A stretch of DNA of 64,000 bases. Source: Felis catus. Taxonomy: Eukaryota. The DNA lies in NCBI RefSeq assembly GCF_018350175.1, contig NC_058381.1, positions 60,512,001-60,576,000 on the forward strand. The letters are read 5' to 3'. Positions within the stretch are counted from its first letter, which is position 1. Each line of letters begins with the position of its first letter. Of this stretch, positions 1 to 11,225 are shown piece after piece. The notes under the pieces were generated by a model that saw only the letters and a program-made list of their open reading frames with translations, was not told the origin of the DNA and did no database searches. A program made the translations under genes and the position numbers.

Positions 1-438
1 TTCTGGAATGTTCTGAAGCTTGAGAAGTCCTTCTATTTGAGCATCTGCAACAGGGCGGAGTCCAGGTTTCTCAACTAAACCCAGTATTTAACTCCAACAA
101 ACGTAATTTGTACCGAGGGAAGTTCTAGCTTGGTCTCTGACACAGGCCACAAAATGGAATACACAAGGAGAGGCAGAGACACACAGCCTCCTGCTAACTT
201 AGGTTTCACTATCTAGAAGAAAACGAGCCCGGAACACTTCTTGGAGAGTCCAAGCATTAGCAACATAAAAATCAGTTACACCCACAGTTTCTCACCTAGC
301 CTTACACTCACCAGTAGAAAAATGTCCTTTTCTAAAACATGTTTGTCCGTGGCTACTTGAACTAAAAGTATGACAGTAAAGAGAGGTTAAAAGTAGATCT
401 GAATGCTGATTCTCATCCCTTTTTTAGAAGTTACTGAC

Positions 439-673
439 GGGGGTGCCTGGGTGGCTCAGTCGGTTCAGTGTCCGACTTCAGCTCGGGTCATGATCTCACG
501 GGTTCGTGAGTTCGAGCCCTGAGTCAGGCTCTGTGCTGACAGCTCGGAGCCTGGAGCCTGCTTCGGATTCTGTGTCTCCCTCTCTCCCAGCCCCTCCCCC
601 ACTGGTGCTCTGTCTGTCTCTCTCTCAAAAATAAAAATTAAAAAAAAAAAAAAGCATTAAAAAAAAAAAAAAA
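439..673 (+). mobile_element. Can-SINE (felid SINEC-type) with CT tract and poly(A)
   Basis: tRNA-like head GGGGTGCCTGGGTGGCTCAGTCGG with A/B boxes, (CT)n and an A tail. Confidence 0.9.
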
Positions 674-675
674 GA

Positions 676-862
676 GGGGCGCCTGGGTGGCTCAGTCAGC
701 TACGCGTCTGACTTCAGCTCAGGTCATGATCTCATCACTCCGGAGTTCTAGCCCCGCGTCGGGCTCTGTACTGTCAGTGTGGAGCCCGCTTCAATTCCTG
801 TCTCCCTCTCTCTGTGCCCCTCCCCAGCTCACGCTGTCTCAAAAATAAAAACATTTAAAACA
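676..862 (+). mobile_element. Second Can-SINE directly after the first one's poly(A)
   Basis: Head GGGGCGCCTGGGTGGCTCAG and AATAAA-containing tail. Confidence 0.88.
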
Positions 863-1419
863 AGAGTCAATTTCTCTTAAGTTTCTCTTGAGGCATTTGT
901 TCCCTCTGCTCCTCCATGGGAAACATGGAGGAGACACCAGGGGGCCTGCGTGGCAGCTGAGGGAGGGCTAGAGGAAAGCCTCCAAATCCAGAGCTCCTTC
1001 CTGTAGACCCAAGACACCCAGAAGGGAGAATCCAGGCCAGTCTGGACCCCCCAGCCAAACTGCAGAAGCCATCACTCCACTAAAGCAGGAATAGTACCTG
1101 CCACCCAATACTGCTTTGCTTCCCCCCCAGAAATCCCAAATATTCCTTAACATTAACCAAAATTCTTCTGTCCACCTGGTCTGTTGATTTTTTTCCAGCC
1201 ACATTTACTTCTGAGAGGGAACTTGCTACAAGTAAAGGTAGGACTGTTTTGTTTTCCGATTTGGTTTTGTTTTGTTGTTTCCTCCTCGTTTCCACGGACT
1301 TCTTTAAGGGGCACGGCGGGGGGGGGGGGGGGGGGATGGGGGGAGGGCATGCCAATTCCTAATTCCTGGTCACAAGTCAAATTCTAAAACGTCCCCTTTC
1401 AAACAGGTAGCTGTCAACC

Positions 1420-2260
1420 TGTCCTTGCCCGGCACCCCGCGTCCGCGAAGGCCCCTCTGGACACAGAGCTCTCTCCTCACGGGAACTCTGAGCCGGCACC
1501 TCCGGGGCCCGGTGCGCGAGCAGGGGCGCACCCCGGCTCCGAGGGCCCGCCGCCCCGCAGCCCTGCCCCGCGCCGGGGACGTGGTGGCGGAAGGCCCGCG
1601 GCCCCGCACCCGGCCCGGCCCGCCCGGCTGGGCCCGCGCGGCCCGCGTCGCCAACGGCCGGGGAGGGGCGGACGGGCGGACGGACGGGAGGGCGGGGACG
1701 GCGCGAGCCCTCGGCCGGGAGGCGGCGGCGGGAGGCGGACTCCGCCGCCCCACAGGCCGCGCCGGTAAATCTGCTGCCTCATCCCGGCGCCCCGCTCGCG
1801 CTGCCGCCCCACTCACGATGCTCTCGGCCATGGCGGCCGATCCCGCCTCCGGGCTCGAGCCCCGGGCCGCCGCCGCCTGCCGCCCCGCGGGCCTCGCAGC
1901 CCCGGCCCCGGCCCCGGCCTCAGCCCCGGCCTCCCGCCGCCGCCGCCACCGCCGCTCCAGCTTCGCCGCCGGCCGCCACCGCCGCGACGTCCGGCGCCTC
2001 ACCCAACGCGTTCCGCCGGCAGCGCAGCCCCGAAACTGAGTTCCGGCCCTCCAACGGCCCGCGCATGCGCAGGCGCGCGGCACCGGAGCCCGCCTCGGAG
2101 CCGCGCGCGGAGCCCAGGGCCCCGCCCGGCAGGCGGGAAGGACGCCCCGGGGACGCGCTGCTTTCTGAAAGCGCGGGCCGTGCGGAGAAAGTCCGACTCT
2201 CACCCAGAAGCCATCCCTGCTGGCTGATAATTGAGGAAACTAGCACGCCCTCCGTCTTGC
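1420..2260. promoter_or_regulatory. CpG island / NPLOC4 promoter with NRF1 palindrome GCGCATGCGC (2061-2070) and ETS-type TTCCGG (2041-2046)
   Basis: Very high GC and CpG density around exon 1; motifs read directly from the sequence. Confidence 0.8.
1817..1831 (-). CDS. NPLOC4: NPL4 homolog, ubiquitin recognition factor; first coding exon only (MAESI), rest of gene lies left of the window
   Basis: Minus strand reads gccgccATGGCCGAGAGCATC|gtgagt, with a strong Kozak context and a canonical donor, inside a CpG island. MAESI matches the recalled NPLOC4 N-terminus, and synteny with TSPAN10/PDE6G supports the call. Confidence 0.88.
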
Positions 2261-3026
2261 CGGTAGCATGCAGAGAAATAATTTCAGGAAGGTAACGTCA
2301 CACTTTCATGCTACGAAAAACGAAAAAAGGTATTGCCAGGAATCCGACAGAAGAGAAACAACTGAATTTAAACTGCATTGAAGGTCAACATTTCTCCGCC
2401 CCAGAAATGTAATATTCTAAACTGTGCCGCCAGGGCCAGCCTCACGGGCCACCGACTGGCCCAGAGGCCCCGCCCCGTGCTGGGTTCGACGTTCAGCTGC
2501 CAAGGGCTGGTAACTCTTCATAACGTTCAGCTAGGAGCCCCTCCTTGTTTTGCACTGGGCCCTGCAAAGTCCGTGGCTGACCTTGCCCATGACTGTGGGG
2601 GAGAGTTATGAAAACTTTTAAAGGCCAAAATCCGTGTTTTTTAACCCCGTGGCTCAGCTTCAGGTTGTATTTATCCCCTGTGCTGGAAAGTTCAGGGGAC
2701 TGCCACTCTCCTTTCCTCCCTGCCGGCGCCTCCCACCTTCCCCGGCTCTGTTATTACTGCTCCAATACCAACGTTTACACCACCATCTGTTCTATAATCT
2801 CAATCTCAACAGTCATTTGAGCTTGCCTTGCTCAGTCTGTCAACAGATAACTTTTCAAGTGTCTTCTCTGTGTGTGGCTTGGCTAAGCTAATGCCGGGAA
2901 TAGAGCAGAAAGAGATCCCCTGGGGGAGTCTTCCCAGCAGGAGGCAGGTTGTAGGTATACATGTAGGTATACGATGTCCAGTAATGGACAACCAGAGCAG
3001 GGGAGGGGGTGGAGGGTGATAGAGAC

Positions 3027-3246
3027 TATTTTATTTTTTTCAGTTTGTTTATTTCTTTTGAGAGAGAGAGAAGGAGAGCGAGAGCACAAGCACGGGAAGG
3101 GCAGAAAGAGAGAGAGAATCCCGAGCAGGCTCCATACTGTCACTGTCAGAGCCTGATGCAGGACTCCAACTCATGAACCGTGAGATCGTGACCTGAGCCT
3201 AAATCACGATTCGAATGCTTGACGGACTGAGCCACCCAGGCGTCCA
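3027..3246 (-). mobile_element. Can-SINE
   Basis: Reverse-complement head ...ACTGAGCCACCCAGGCG and a (GA)n tract. Confidence 0.88.
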
Positions 3247-3254
3247 GAGGCTAT

Positions 3255-3760
3255 CTGAAAGCAGATGGTCAACAAAGACCTCTCTAAGGAGATGATGTGT
3301 GAGCGGGTCCTAGGTAAAGTGAGCAATATGGGTATCTGAGAGAAGAGTGAAAGGATGAGGGAAAAGCATGTGCAAAGGTCCGGCGGCGACCCGAGAAGTG
3401 CTGGGTGCTCCAGGAGCAACAAAGCAGCCAGCGTGACTGGAGTACCATGAGTGAGGGCAGGGGAGGGCTGGGTCAGGAAGAACCACGTGAGACGTGGAAA
3501 GGCCTTTAAATTCTATTCTAAATAGAAGTTAGGAAGCCTTTGGGGGGAAGAGAGCAAAGAAGGCATGCTCTCCATTATGTTTCAGAAGGATTCTCCGGAA
3601 GCTGAATGGACAAGAGACGGCGGGGAGAAGCAGGGAGACGGGTGAGGAGGCTGATGCCATAGTCCAGAGGACAGCGGGGTGACAGCAAAGGCTGAGAAGT
3701 GTCCAATCCAAGACAAACTCCGGAGGGAGAGCCAAAAGGGTTGCCTGGAAGATCAAGGTA
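3255..3760. mobile_element. Ancient L2 (LINE2) fragment
   Basis: Purine-rich, L2-like phrases (agcatgtgcaaaggtcc, aggcctttaaattctattct); recognised by eye, approximate ends. Confidence 0.55.
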
Positions 3761-3869
3761 CTGGGTTTTATTCTACCAACACGCACCCTTCTATTTCCTG
3801 CTCCTCTTTTTCAGAATGGCCTCTGGTGTTTTTGCTTCTCTTCTATCCAAACGTATTCATTAAAAAAAA

Positions 3870-4074
3870 TGTTTTAATTTTTATTTATTCGAGAGAGAGA
3901 GAGAGAGACAGCAAGCAGGGGAGGGGCAGAGAGAGAGGGAGACACAGAATCCGAAGCAGGCTCCAGGCTCCGCGCTGTCAGCACAGAGCCCGATGCGGGG
4001 CTCAAACCCATGAACCATGAGATCATGGCCTGAGCCTAACTCGACGCTTAACTGACTGAGCCCCCGGATACCCC
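3870..4074 (-). mobile_element. Can-SINE
   Basis: GCTGTCAGCACAGAGCCCGATGCGGGGCTCAAACCC core. Confidence 0.88.
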
Positions 4075-4102
4075 TAGTACACTGACTCTTTAAAGTTCTA
4101 TG

Positions 4103-4345
4103 GTGGTCGTTTCACTTTGCTAGGGCTGCCGTAACAAAATCCCACAGACTGGAGAACTTAAATCTGTTTTCTCATGGTTCTGGATGCTGGAAGCCTGAGA
4201 TCAAGGTGACCAAGTTCGGTTTCTTCTGAGGCCGGCCGCCTTAGCTGGCAGACAGCTGTGTCTTTCCTCTGTGCTCAGGCATCCCTGGTGTCCCTCTTTG
4301 TGTCCCAATTTCCTCTTCGTACAAGGCCATTGGCCCATTTGCCTC
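4103..4345 (-). mobile_element. MLT1 (MaLR) solo LTR fragment
   Basis: ctagggctgccgtaacaaa...ttctggatgctggaagcctgagatcaaggtg is typical of reversed MLT1. Confidence 0.7.
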
Positions 4346-4364
4346 ATTTTAAGTTGATAACCTC

Positions 4365-4596
4365 TTTTTTTTTAAGGAAATTTCAAAAAGAATTTTGACA
4401 TTTATTCATTTTTGAAAGAGAGAGAGAGAGACAGAGTGCAAGCTGGAGAGGGGCAGGAAGGGAGACACAGAATCTGGAGCAGGCTTCAGGCTCTGAGCTG
4501 CCGGCACAGAGCCCAATGCGGGGCTCGAACTCACACACCATGAGATGACCTGAGCCGAAGTCAGCCGCCCAACCGACTGAGCCACCCAGGCGCCCC
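4365..4596 (-). mobile_element. Can-SINE
   Basis: Typical core and head. Confidence 0.88.
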
Positions 4597-4626
4597 AGAT
4601 TTAAATATATTAAGATGAAATTCTCA

Positions 4627-4830
4627 GGGTGCCTGGGTGGCTCAGTCCCTTGAGCATCCAACTGTTGATTTCAGTACAGGTCATGACCAGGGTCATGGGA
4701 TCGAGCCACATCAGTCTCCGTGCTGAGCATGGAGCCCATTTAAGATTCTCTCTGTCCCTCTACCTCTCTCCCTCACTCACACACTCTCTCTCCCTAAAAT
4801 ATGAAATGATATGAAATGAAATGAAAATGA
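4627..4830 (+). mobile_element. Can-SINE (older subtype) with (ATGAA)n tail
   Basis: GGGTGCCTGGGTGGCTCAGTC head and CT tract. Confidence 0.8.
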
Positions 4831-5330
4831 AATTCATGTAACATGCTGTTAACCATTTTAGAGTGGACAATTCAGGGGCATTTAGTGCTTTCAAAATGTG
4901 GTACAACCACGTCCTCTGTGGTTCCCACACATTCCCATCACCCCCAAAGGGAAACCCCACCCCATTCAGCAGCAGCCCCCCCTCCCCCTCCCCCAGCCCC
5001 TGGCAGCCACTGATCTTCGTTCCGTCCTTACAGATTTACCTATTCTGAATATTTCACGCGACGGCATCCTACAGGGTGGGCTTTTGTGTCTGGCTTCCTT
5101 CACTGAGCGCGAATTTTCCAAGGCCCAGCTATGTTGTAGCAGGTGTCAGAGTTGTGTTCCTTTCCGTGGCTAACATTCCATTGGGTGGATGGAGCACATC
5201 ATTTGGATTATCTGTTCTCCGCGATTCACACCTGGGCTGTTTCCACCTTTGGGCAGTTGTGAATAGCACTACTGTGAATATGCGTGCATGTGTATTTGTT
5301 TGAGTCCCTGTTTGCAGTTCAGGACATACC
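4830..5330 (-). mobile_element. L1M (L1MB-like) 3' end fragment
   Basis: Contains ttttgtgtctggcttccttcactgagc and ctgggctgtttccacctttgggcagttgtgaatagc, typical of antisense L1 3' ends. Confidence 0.7.
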
Positions 5331-5569
5331 TGGGGGCCAGATGCCTCACAGTGGGGCTCTCCCTCAGCACCTTAGGTAAGACAACACCCCTCCCCCAACT
5401 CTCCTGCCTCCTTTCCTGGCTTCATAACTCTGGCGACCATATAAAATCACATATATTCACGTATCTATTTGCCTATTTGGGACTTCCGCTTCCAGCTGAA
5501 GCTCCGACAGTCCCTGGCATATATCCGTGATCTCTTGCGACAGTTATCTGTCGTAGGATTGTGTATCTA

Positions 5570-5710
5570 TTGTAAATCCATTGTGACGGTAATGGGGTGA
5601 AACAAACTCTTCCAAAACTTAGCGGCTTCAAACGACAGCCACTCGTTTGCCTCACGGTCCTGCAGGTCAGGAACGTAGACTGGGCTCAGTTGCGTGATTG
5701 TCGCATGGGA
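5570..5710 (-). mobile_element. MLT1-type LTR fragment
   Basis: ccaaaacttagcggcttcaaacgacagc...ggtcaggaa...gggctcagttg resembles older MLT1. Confidence 0.5.
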
Positions 5711-6683
5711 ACACGAAGCCGGAACACAGATAATTACAAAACGAAGCCAAAAGGAGCACATTAGAAGTGAAAAGTGCCCCCCAAAAGCCCAGGAGAGGGG
5801 AGGCCTCCGCTCGCTGGGCAGGATGTGGTCTGGAACTGGACACAGGAAGGAGATTTCAGGGGGTGGCAAAGGTCAAGGGCACTTGAGTGCTTGGCAGGCA
5901 GCCCATGGGACTGGACTGTAAGGCGATGGCGGGGGGGGGGGGGGGGGCTTGGATGTCAAACCGAAGCAGCCAAGAAACACCAGAGGAGAGGATGGTGAAG
6001 ACAGCAGGGCCTGTGGCATACCTGCCCCGGAGGAAGCCCCCCAACTTTCTCCTGCCATGGAAACATGTGCTCCCCCAACTTCCAGAGATCCCCGCGAGCC
6101 AAGGACTCACCTTCGTATCATAATCCCACACATCACGAGGGAGGGAGGCGTGGAGAGGTATGCGCCCTTGTTCTCAAAGCACTGGTAGCGGGTGGGCATC
6201 TGCTCTGAGCCTTGCTTCCCCCCGCCATCCAAGCCAGGGAGAGGGGCCAGGAAGTACAGGGCCAGAGAGCACCCTGTCTGCACAGCAGCTGCGTGGCCCG
6301 GGTTCATCCAAGCTCTAGGGCCCAGTGGACACGGTGAACACAGTCCTGCCCCTGAGAAGACAAACTCAGAGGGAGTGGGGAGCCCACGTACCTCAAAACC
6401 AGGAGGGACGTGATCTGGCCAGTGGACACGGCCTCGTTCTTGCGGTGAATGAATCAGGGGGATAACCTGGCATCTAGCTGCTGGCGGGTCTCCCAGGATT
6501 GTTTCTGGGAACCAGTTCGCGGGTCTGATTCCCTGGGTGAACTGAGGGAGCCAACCTGCCAGGCCGAGGCCCACCCTGGGGGCCTGCAGTGGTCACCACG
6601 AGGTGGCAGCCAACCCACATCACGCCTGCACGGAGCCTCAGGGAATCCACAGAGGCTCTCCGTCTCAACAAGCAGAGGCTGCC

Positions 6684-6725
6684 TTAAGCCCTAAAATGTG
6701 ATGCCTCACATGATCTGGTCATGAC
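6684..6725 (+). promoter_or_regulatory. Putative TSPAN10 proximal promoter module: K50 homeodomain site TTAAGCC (6684-6690), M-box/E-box TCACATGA (6706-6713), GTCATGAC palindrome
   Basis: Motifs lie about 140-180 bp upstream of the TSPAN10 ATG; factor assignment is inferred from known consensus sequences. Confidence 0.5.
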
Positions 6726-6861
6726 TGTGGCCTCCTGGCTCGGTTCACAGCTCAGCCGGCCCCGACTGCACAGCTCACAGACCGGCCAAGGACACGGCAC
6801 CAGCTCTGCGTCCCAGCTAGAGAGGCCAGGCGGGGGCCCAGCGCACCTGTCCTGCTGGAGA

Positions 6862-9800
6862 ATGGAGGAAGGGGAAAAGAGCCCCCTGCTGGTCCAGGTA
6901 AGCCAGTGCCCTGTTGGCCTCAGCCCCGGATTGGAGGTGTCTCCACCCCCCGCTCAAGGTTCTTGGGAGGACCTCAGGCTGGGTTCACCCCCACCCTGAG
7001 CCTTGCGGTGTGCTCGGACCGGCCAGTAGGTGGGCGCCCATGAGGAGCTAAGTTTAGGATGGGGGCTTACTGATCAGGCACCTGACCGTCACCCCACACC
7101 TTGCTCCAGCTCCGAAACGTTTCCTGTTGTTGCCTTGTGTTTGATGTGGCTGCGTCCATGCTCTGGGAACGGGGGGATGGTGCCCACTGGGGCCTTCGGG
7201 ACCTCCCTCCTGTCCTGCTCATCCACCTCCACCTGTGACTACGCCCCCACCAGCCTCTTGGCCTTCTTACCCACCCTGGTGCCCCCTTCCCCCCCCCCCG
7301 CGCCCCCCTGCCCCCCACAACCTGGTGCCAGCAACCTGCCCTTTTGCTCCTACTGACTGTTGGGGTCTCAGGGGCTGATAAATAGTTCTCTTCTCCTCAG
7401 CCCCAAGTTCATAACGGATGAGGTTTTGATGCAGAGTCAGATGTGGGGGCAGGGGAGGGGTCAGCACTTCCCGACAGTCCACACCTGGCCCGGCCAATGC
7501 CCCAGAGGGTGGCTGAGTGTCCTGCTGGAGGGCCCTGAATCCCACAGAGCCCTGGTCTCAGGCCGCCCTTCTCCCTGCCCTGGGAGCCTGCCTCCTACAG
7601 CCGTAGGCCCGGTACCACGTCTGTGCTCCGACAGTGGGACCAGCCCAGCAGATCCTGGGACATTGGGGCTGGTCTCAGAGGGGGGAGCAGAAAGGGCAGT
7701 CCCCTGGGCCAGCCCTTCTGCCTGACAGGCCCCCACCCCCCTGGCCTGGGTGGGGAAGCCCCTCTCTCCACTGCGCGTACAGACCAACCCACACAGATGC
7801 TTTTCCAAACCCGGGGTCACCGGCTGCCTGCCCCGTGCCTGCGCTGCGGGAAAGTCGGGGGGCCTGACCCACATCCTTCATCACACGGGTGGGCGGGGGG
7901 AGATAAAGGGCAGGAGCGTGTTGGTGGAACGGCTGCTTCTCTGGATCCCCTTGCTCAGTCTGGACCGTGAACTGGCAGGGTACAGGCAGCCCTTGTTCGA
8001 AAGGAGGTGGGCCCTCACCGTCCCCTCTGCCGCCTGGCTGAACGCGACGAGCCCGGAGGCCACCATGTCTCCGGACTCCGAGGGTCTCTGAGCACCCCCT
8101 TCTCTATGCACTGTCCAGCCTCTTTCCCGCTGCCGGGCTCTGACCCCTGGCCGCGAGGAGGAGGCCACCTCCCACCTCCCTGTTGGTTATCGCATCGTGC
8201 TGGTGAAGTCTCCCTGTTCATCCCTCCCTCCTCTGCAGGACCCCGGGTGCCAGGAGGGGCCGCTCACTTCAAGCCGTCCGGGTCCGGTGCCCCAAGAGGA
8301 GCAGGTCTGGAGGGCAGGCCACGGGGGAGGCCCGGCCTCCTCCCTCTCCTTGGGAATCAGCTGCCTGAAGTGCCTGACCTTCCTGCTCAACTTCCTCTTC
8401 TCTCTGCTTGGTCTGCTGGCCCTGGCCATCGGGCTCTGGGGCTTGGCCGTCAAGGGGTCTCTGGGGAGCGTCTGGGGGGCGGCCCTGCCCGAAGACCCCA
8501 TTCTGGGACTGGTACTGGGGGGGCTGGCCGTCAGTGCGGTGAGCCTGGCGGGCTGCCTGGGGGCCCTGTGTGAGAGCGCTTTTCTGCTCCGCTGCTTCTC
8601 GGGGGGTCTCGTCGCCTTCCTGCTGCTGGAGGCCGTGGTGGGTGCCCTGCTGGTGGCCCTCTGGGGCCCACTGCAGGATGGCCTGGAGCACACCCTGCGT
8701 GCGGCCATCACCCACTATCAGGATGACCCGGGCCTGCGCTTCCTTATTGACCAAATCCAGCTTGGGCTGCAGTGCTGCGGGGCGTCTTCCTACCGGGACT
8801 GGACGCGGAACCTGTGAGTCCCGGGCCCAAGGGGGAGGGACGGTCCCCAGCGGCCAGCAGACCAGGCCACGCACTCGCTCGCGTGGGCACACTCACTCAT
8901 GCACGTGCTCACGTGGACACGCTTGCATGTATGCACACACACGTGCACGTACACACTCTTGGGCCCGTGTTTCTGCTCCCTCTCGTGGACCAGGACCAGG
9001 TGGACCGAGATCGAGCCAGCAGAGTCAGAAAGTCACTTTTGGGGGTGTTTTTGTGAAGGTCAACGTACAGGACATCTCAGTGTCAAATGAAAATGACTTT
9101 TAGGTTACTTGGGGACACGGCTCTGGGCTCCACGGTTCTCCCTCAACAGCGTGTGCACGCCGGTGTCCGTGTGCGAGCGTGCGTCTGTGTGTGCATGGAT
9201 TTAGGAACACGGTGTAGTGTACAGCCATCTGTATCCAACGGTCACTCAGACATGCCAGGCATTCCAGAAGCATCCATGTGTGTGTTCTCACTCACGGGCT
9301 GTGTCTGACTTCGGATTGGTAGCGGGCCCCTGTGGGGTCACGTTGCCACCTATCCTGCCGGCTTTCGAGTCCTTGTCTTGGTGAGGCCCACTCTTCCGGG
9401 AGATGAGAGCAGGCCTGTGAGGGAGGGCAAGGGGGGTGACCTGGAGGCACAGGACCCTGGACCCCGGGGACGCTGGGCTGCTGCCTGGAGGCGGGGGCCG
9501 TGAGGAGAGCAGCTTCCTCCCGCCTGGCGAGCTCCTCCCAAGTGCTGCCCCTCACTCCCCGTTGTGACCCCCCGCAGGCTTCCGCCCACCTGCCCCCTCC
9601 AGTCCTGCCTGTTCAGACCAACTCTGCAGCCCCCACCGAGCGAGGCGGTCTTCACTCCCCCCCCCCCCCACGAGCTTGTCTCCCCTTGAACCCTGTCACC
9701 AAATACGTCCCTTCTAGCCGAGATTTTACAGGTGCCCGCATGTGCGCAGGGCTGCTGGGTGCTGGGATAAGCTCCGGAAACCTGGGCACTGTGTGTGCAC

Positions 9801-10377
9801 AAGTATGTGTGCGGGCGTGCACGCATCTGTGTGTCTGCGTGTGCCCCCCAGACTGACGCCCAGGTGTGCCCGCCCTTACAGGTCCTTTAACTGCAGCTCC
9901 CCGGGGGTCCAGGCCTGCAGCCTTCCTGCCTCCTGCTGCGTCCACCCCGGGGACGACGGAGCCTCTGTCAACGACCAGTGTGGCTCTGGAGCCCTGCGCC
10001 TGGACGAGGATGCCGCTCGGAGAGTGGTGCACCTGGAGGGCTGTGGCCCTCCTCTCCGGCGGTGGCTGCGCAGGAACGTGCGGGCCGCGGGCGCCTACGC
10101 CATCGTGGTTGTGGCAGTCCAAGGGGTGGAGCTCCTGTTGGCCAACCAGCTGGTGAGGGCCCTGGCTGTCCGCCGGGGGGAGGTGGACAGCCCCAGAGCC
10201 GCAGGGACGGTGGCCTTGTCCACCCGCGCCTCACACTCCGTGAAACGGCCCCTGCCAAACTGGCCCAGCGCTGACAGCCCAGGAGGACCCCCAGGGAAGG
10301 TGTCCTACGGCATCCCAGACGCCCTGGCCTCCTCCACCGGCTGTGCCTCCGGCCCCCCAGGGCCCCCCTTCCCCTGA
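6862..10377 (+). CDS. TSPAN10: Tetraspanin-10 (oculospanin, TspanC8 subfamily); exons 6862-6897, 8239-8813, 9882-10377
   Basis: Exon 1 encodes MEEGEKSPLLVQ followed by gtaag. Exon 2 encodes hydrophobic TM1-3 and the CCG motif. Exon 3 (phase CT|G) carries the rest of EC2 and TM4. EC2 has 8 Cys in total. All junctions are GT-AG and in frame. Confidence 0.93.
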
Positions 10378-10921
10378 GGGCAGAACACGTCCGCCTCCTT
10401 CCCGGTTCCGTCAGGCCCTGCTAGAATGAGTCCCTGTGCCACCTCCCGATTTCACGATCTTTTGGGGACTTTTGTTCTCCACCGCTGAGTCGGGCACTGC
10501 CTGCTCCCTGGCAAACACCGCTGTGACCTGAGCGTAAGCTGAGCCTGGCGGGTGCTGCTGGCCACTGTCTGCCTCCTCCGGGGACGCCAGGCAGAGCCAC
10601 CCGGCGGGCAGGGAGCGTGTGGGGTATGGAGACCGGATGAAATCCTGCTGCCAAGCCCCCAACTCCAACCTCCACCTCCGACCGCCTCTGATGCCTACCT
10701 CCAAACCCTGCCTCTGACCTCCACTCTGACCCCGCCTCTGACGCTTTGCCTAGGATGTCACCTGTGACCCCCAGTCTTGATCCCAGCCCTGATGCCTCAC
10801 TCACTCACCACGGCCTGGGTACCTGCCCTCCTCTGGGGTCACCTCGCCCTTTCCCACCCATTGTGGTGGTTGAGGTGGGGCCCAGGCGGGAGTAAACTTG
10901 AGCGAGAGGCAGCATCCACAC

Positions 10922-10927
10922 AATAAA
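10922..10927 (+). terminator. Polyadenylation signal AATAAA, likely TSPAN10
   Basis: First AATAAA after the stop at 10377. Confidence 0.65.
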
Positions 10928-11223
10928 CAGCGCCGGTGTTAAGCGGGCAGCGTGAGGAACCCTTACCTAGCTAAGCACCTGCAGATCGGCTGCCAGGTCA
11001 GGAGCCAGCCTCTGCCAACTCCTCTGCCCCCTCGCTGCGGGCACCCCGATCGCACTTCATCACCGTTGGTGACCCTTTCACGTTAACGGGACCCCAGAGG
11101 GCCCTTCCCAAGAGTCACGTCTGCACCGTGCTGTGTGCAGACGCCCACAAACGCACCTGGCCTGTGTGGATGCACACTTGGGTGGCTTCCGGATGGTGAC
11201 TGCTGCTGGGGACAGGTCCACAC

Positions 11224-11225
<2 letters not shown>

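Noticed and set aside
439-520. tRNA genes
   Set aside because: The A/B-box sequences are heads of tRNA-derived Can-SINEs, followed by CT tracts and A tails.
1318-1344. Long G homopolymers (also 5930-5947) as functional elements
   Set aside because: G4 formation is possible, but homopolymer length is unreliable in assemblies and nothing links them to a function.
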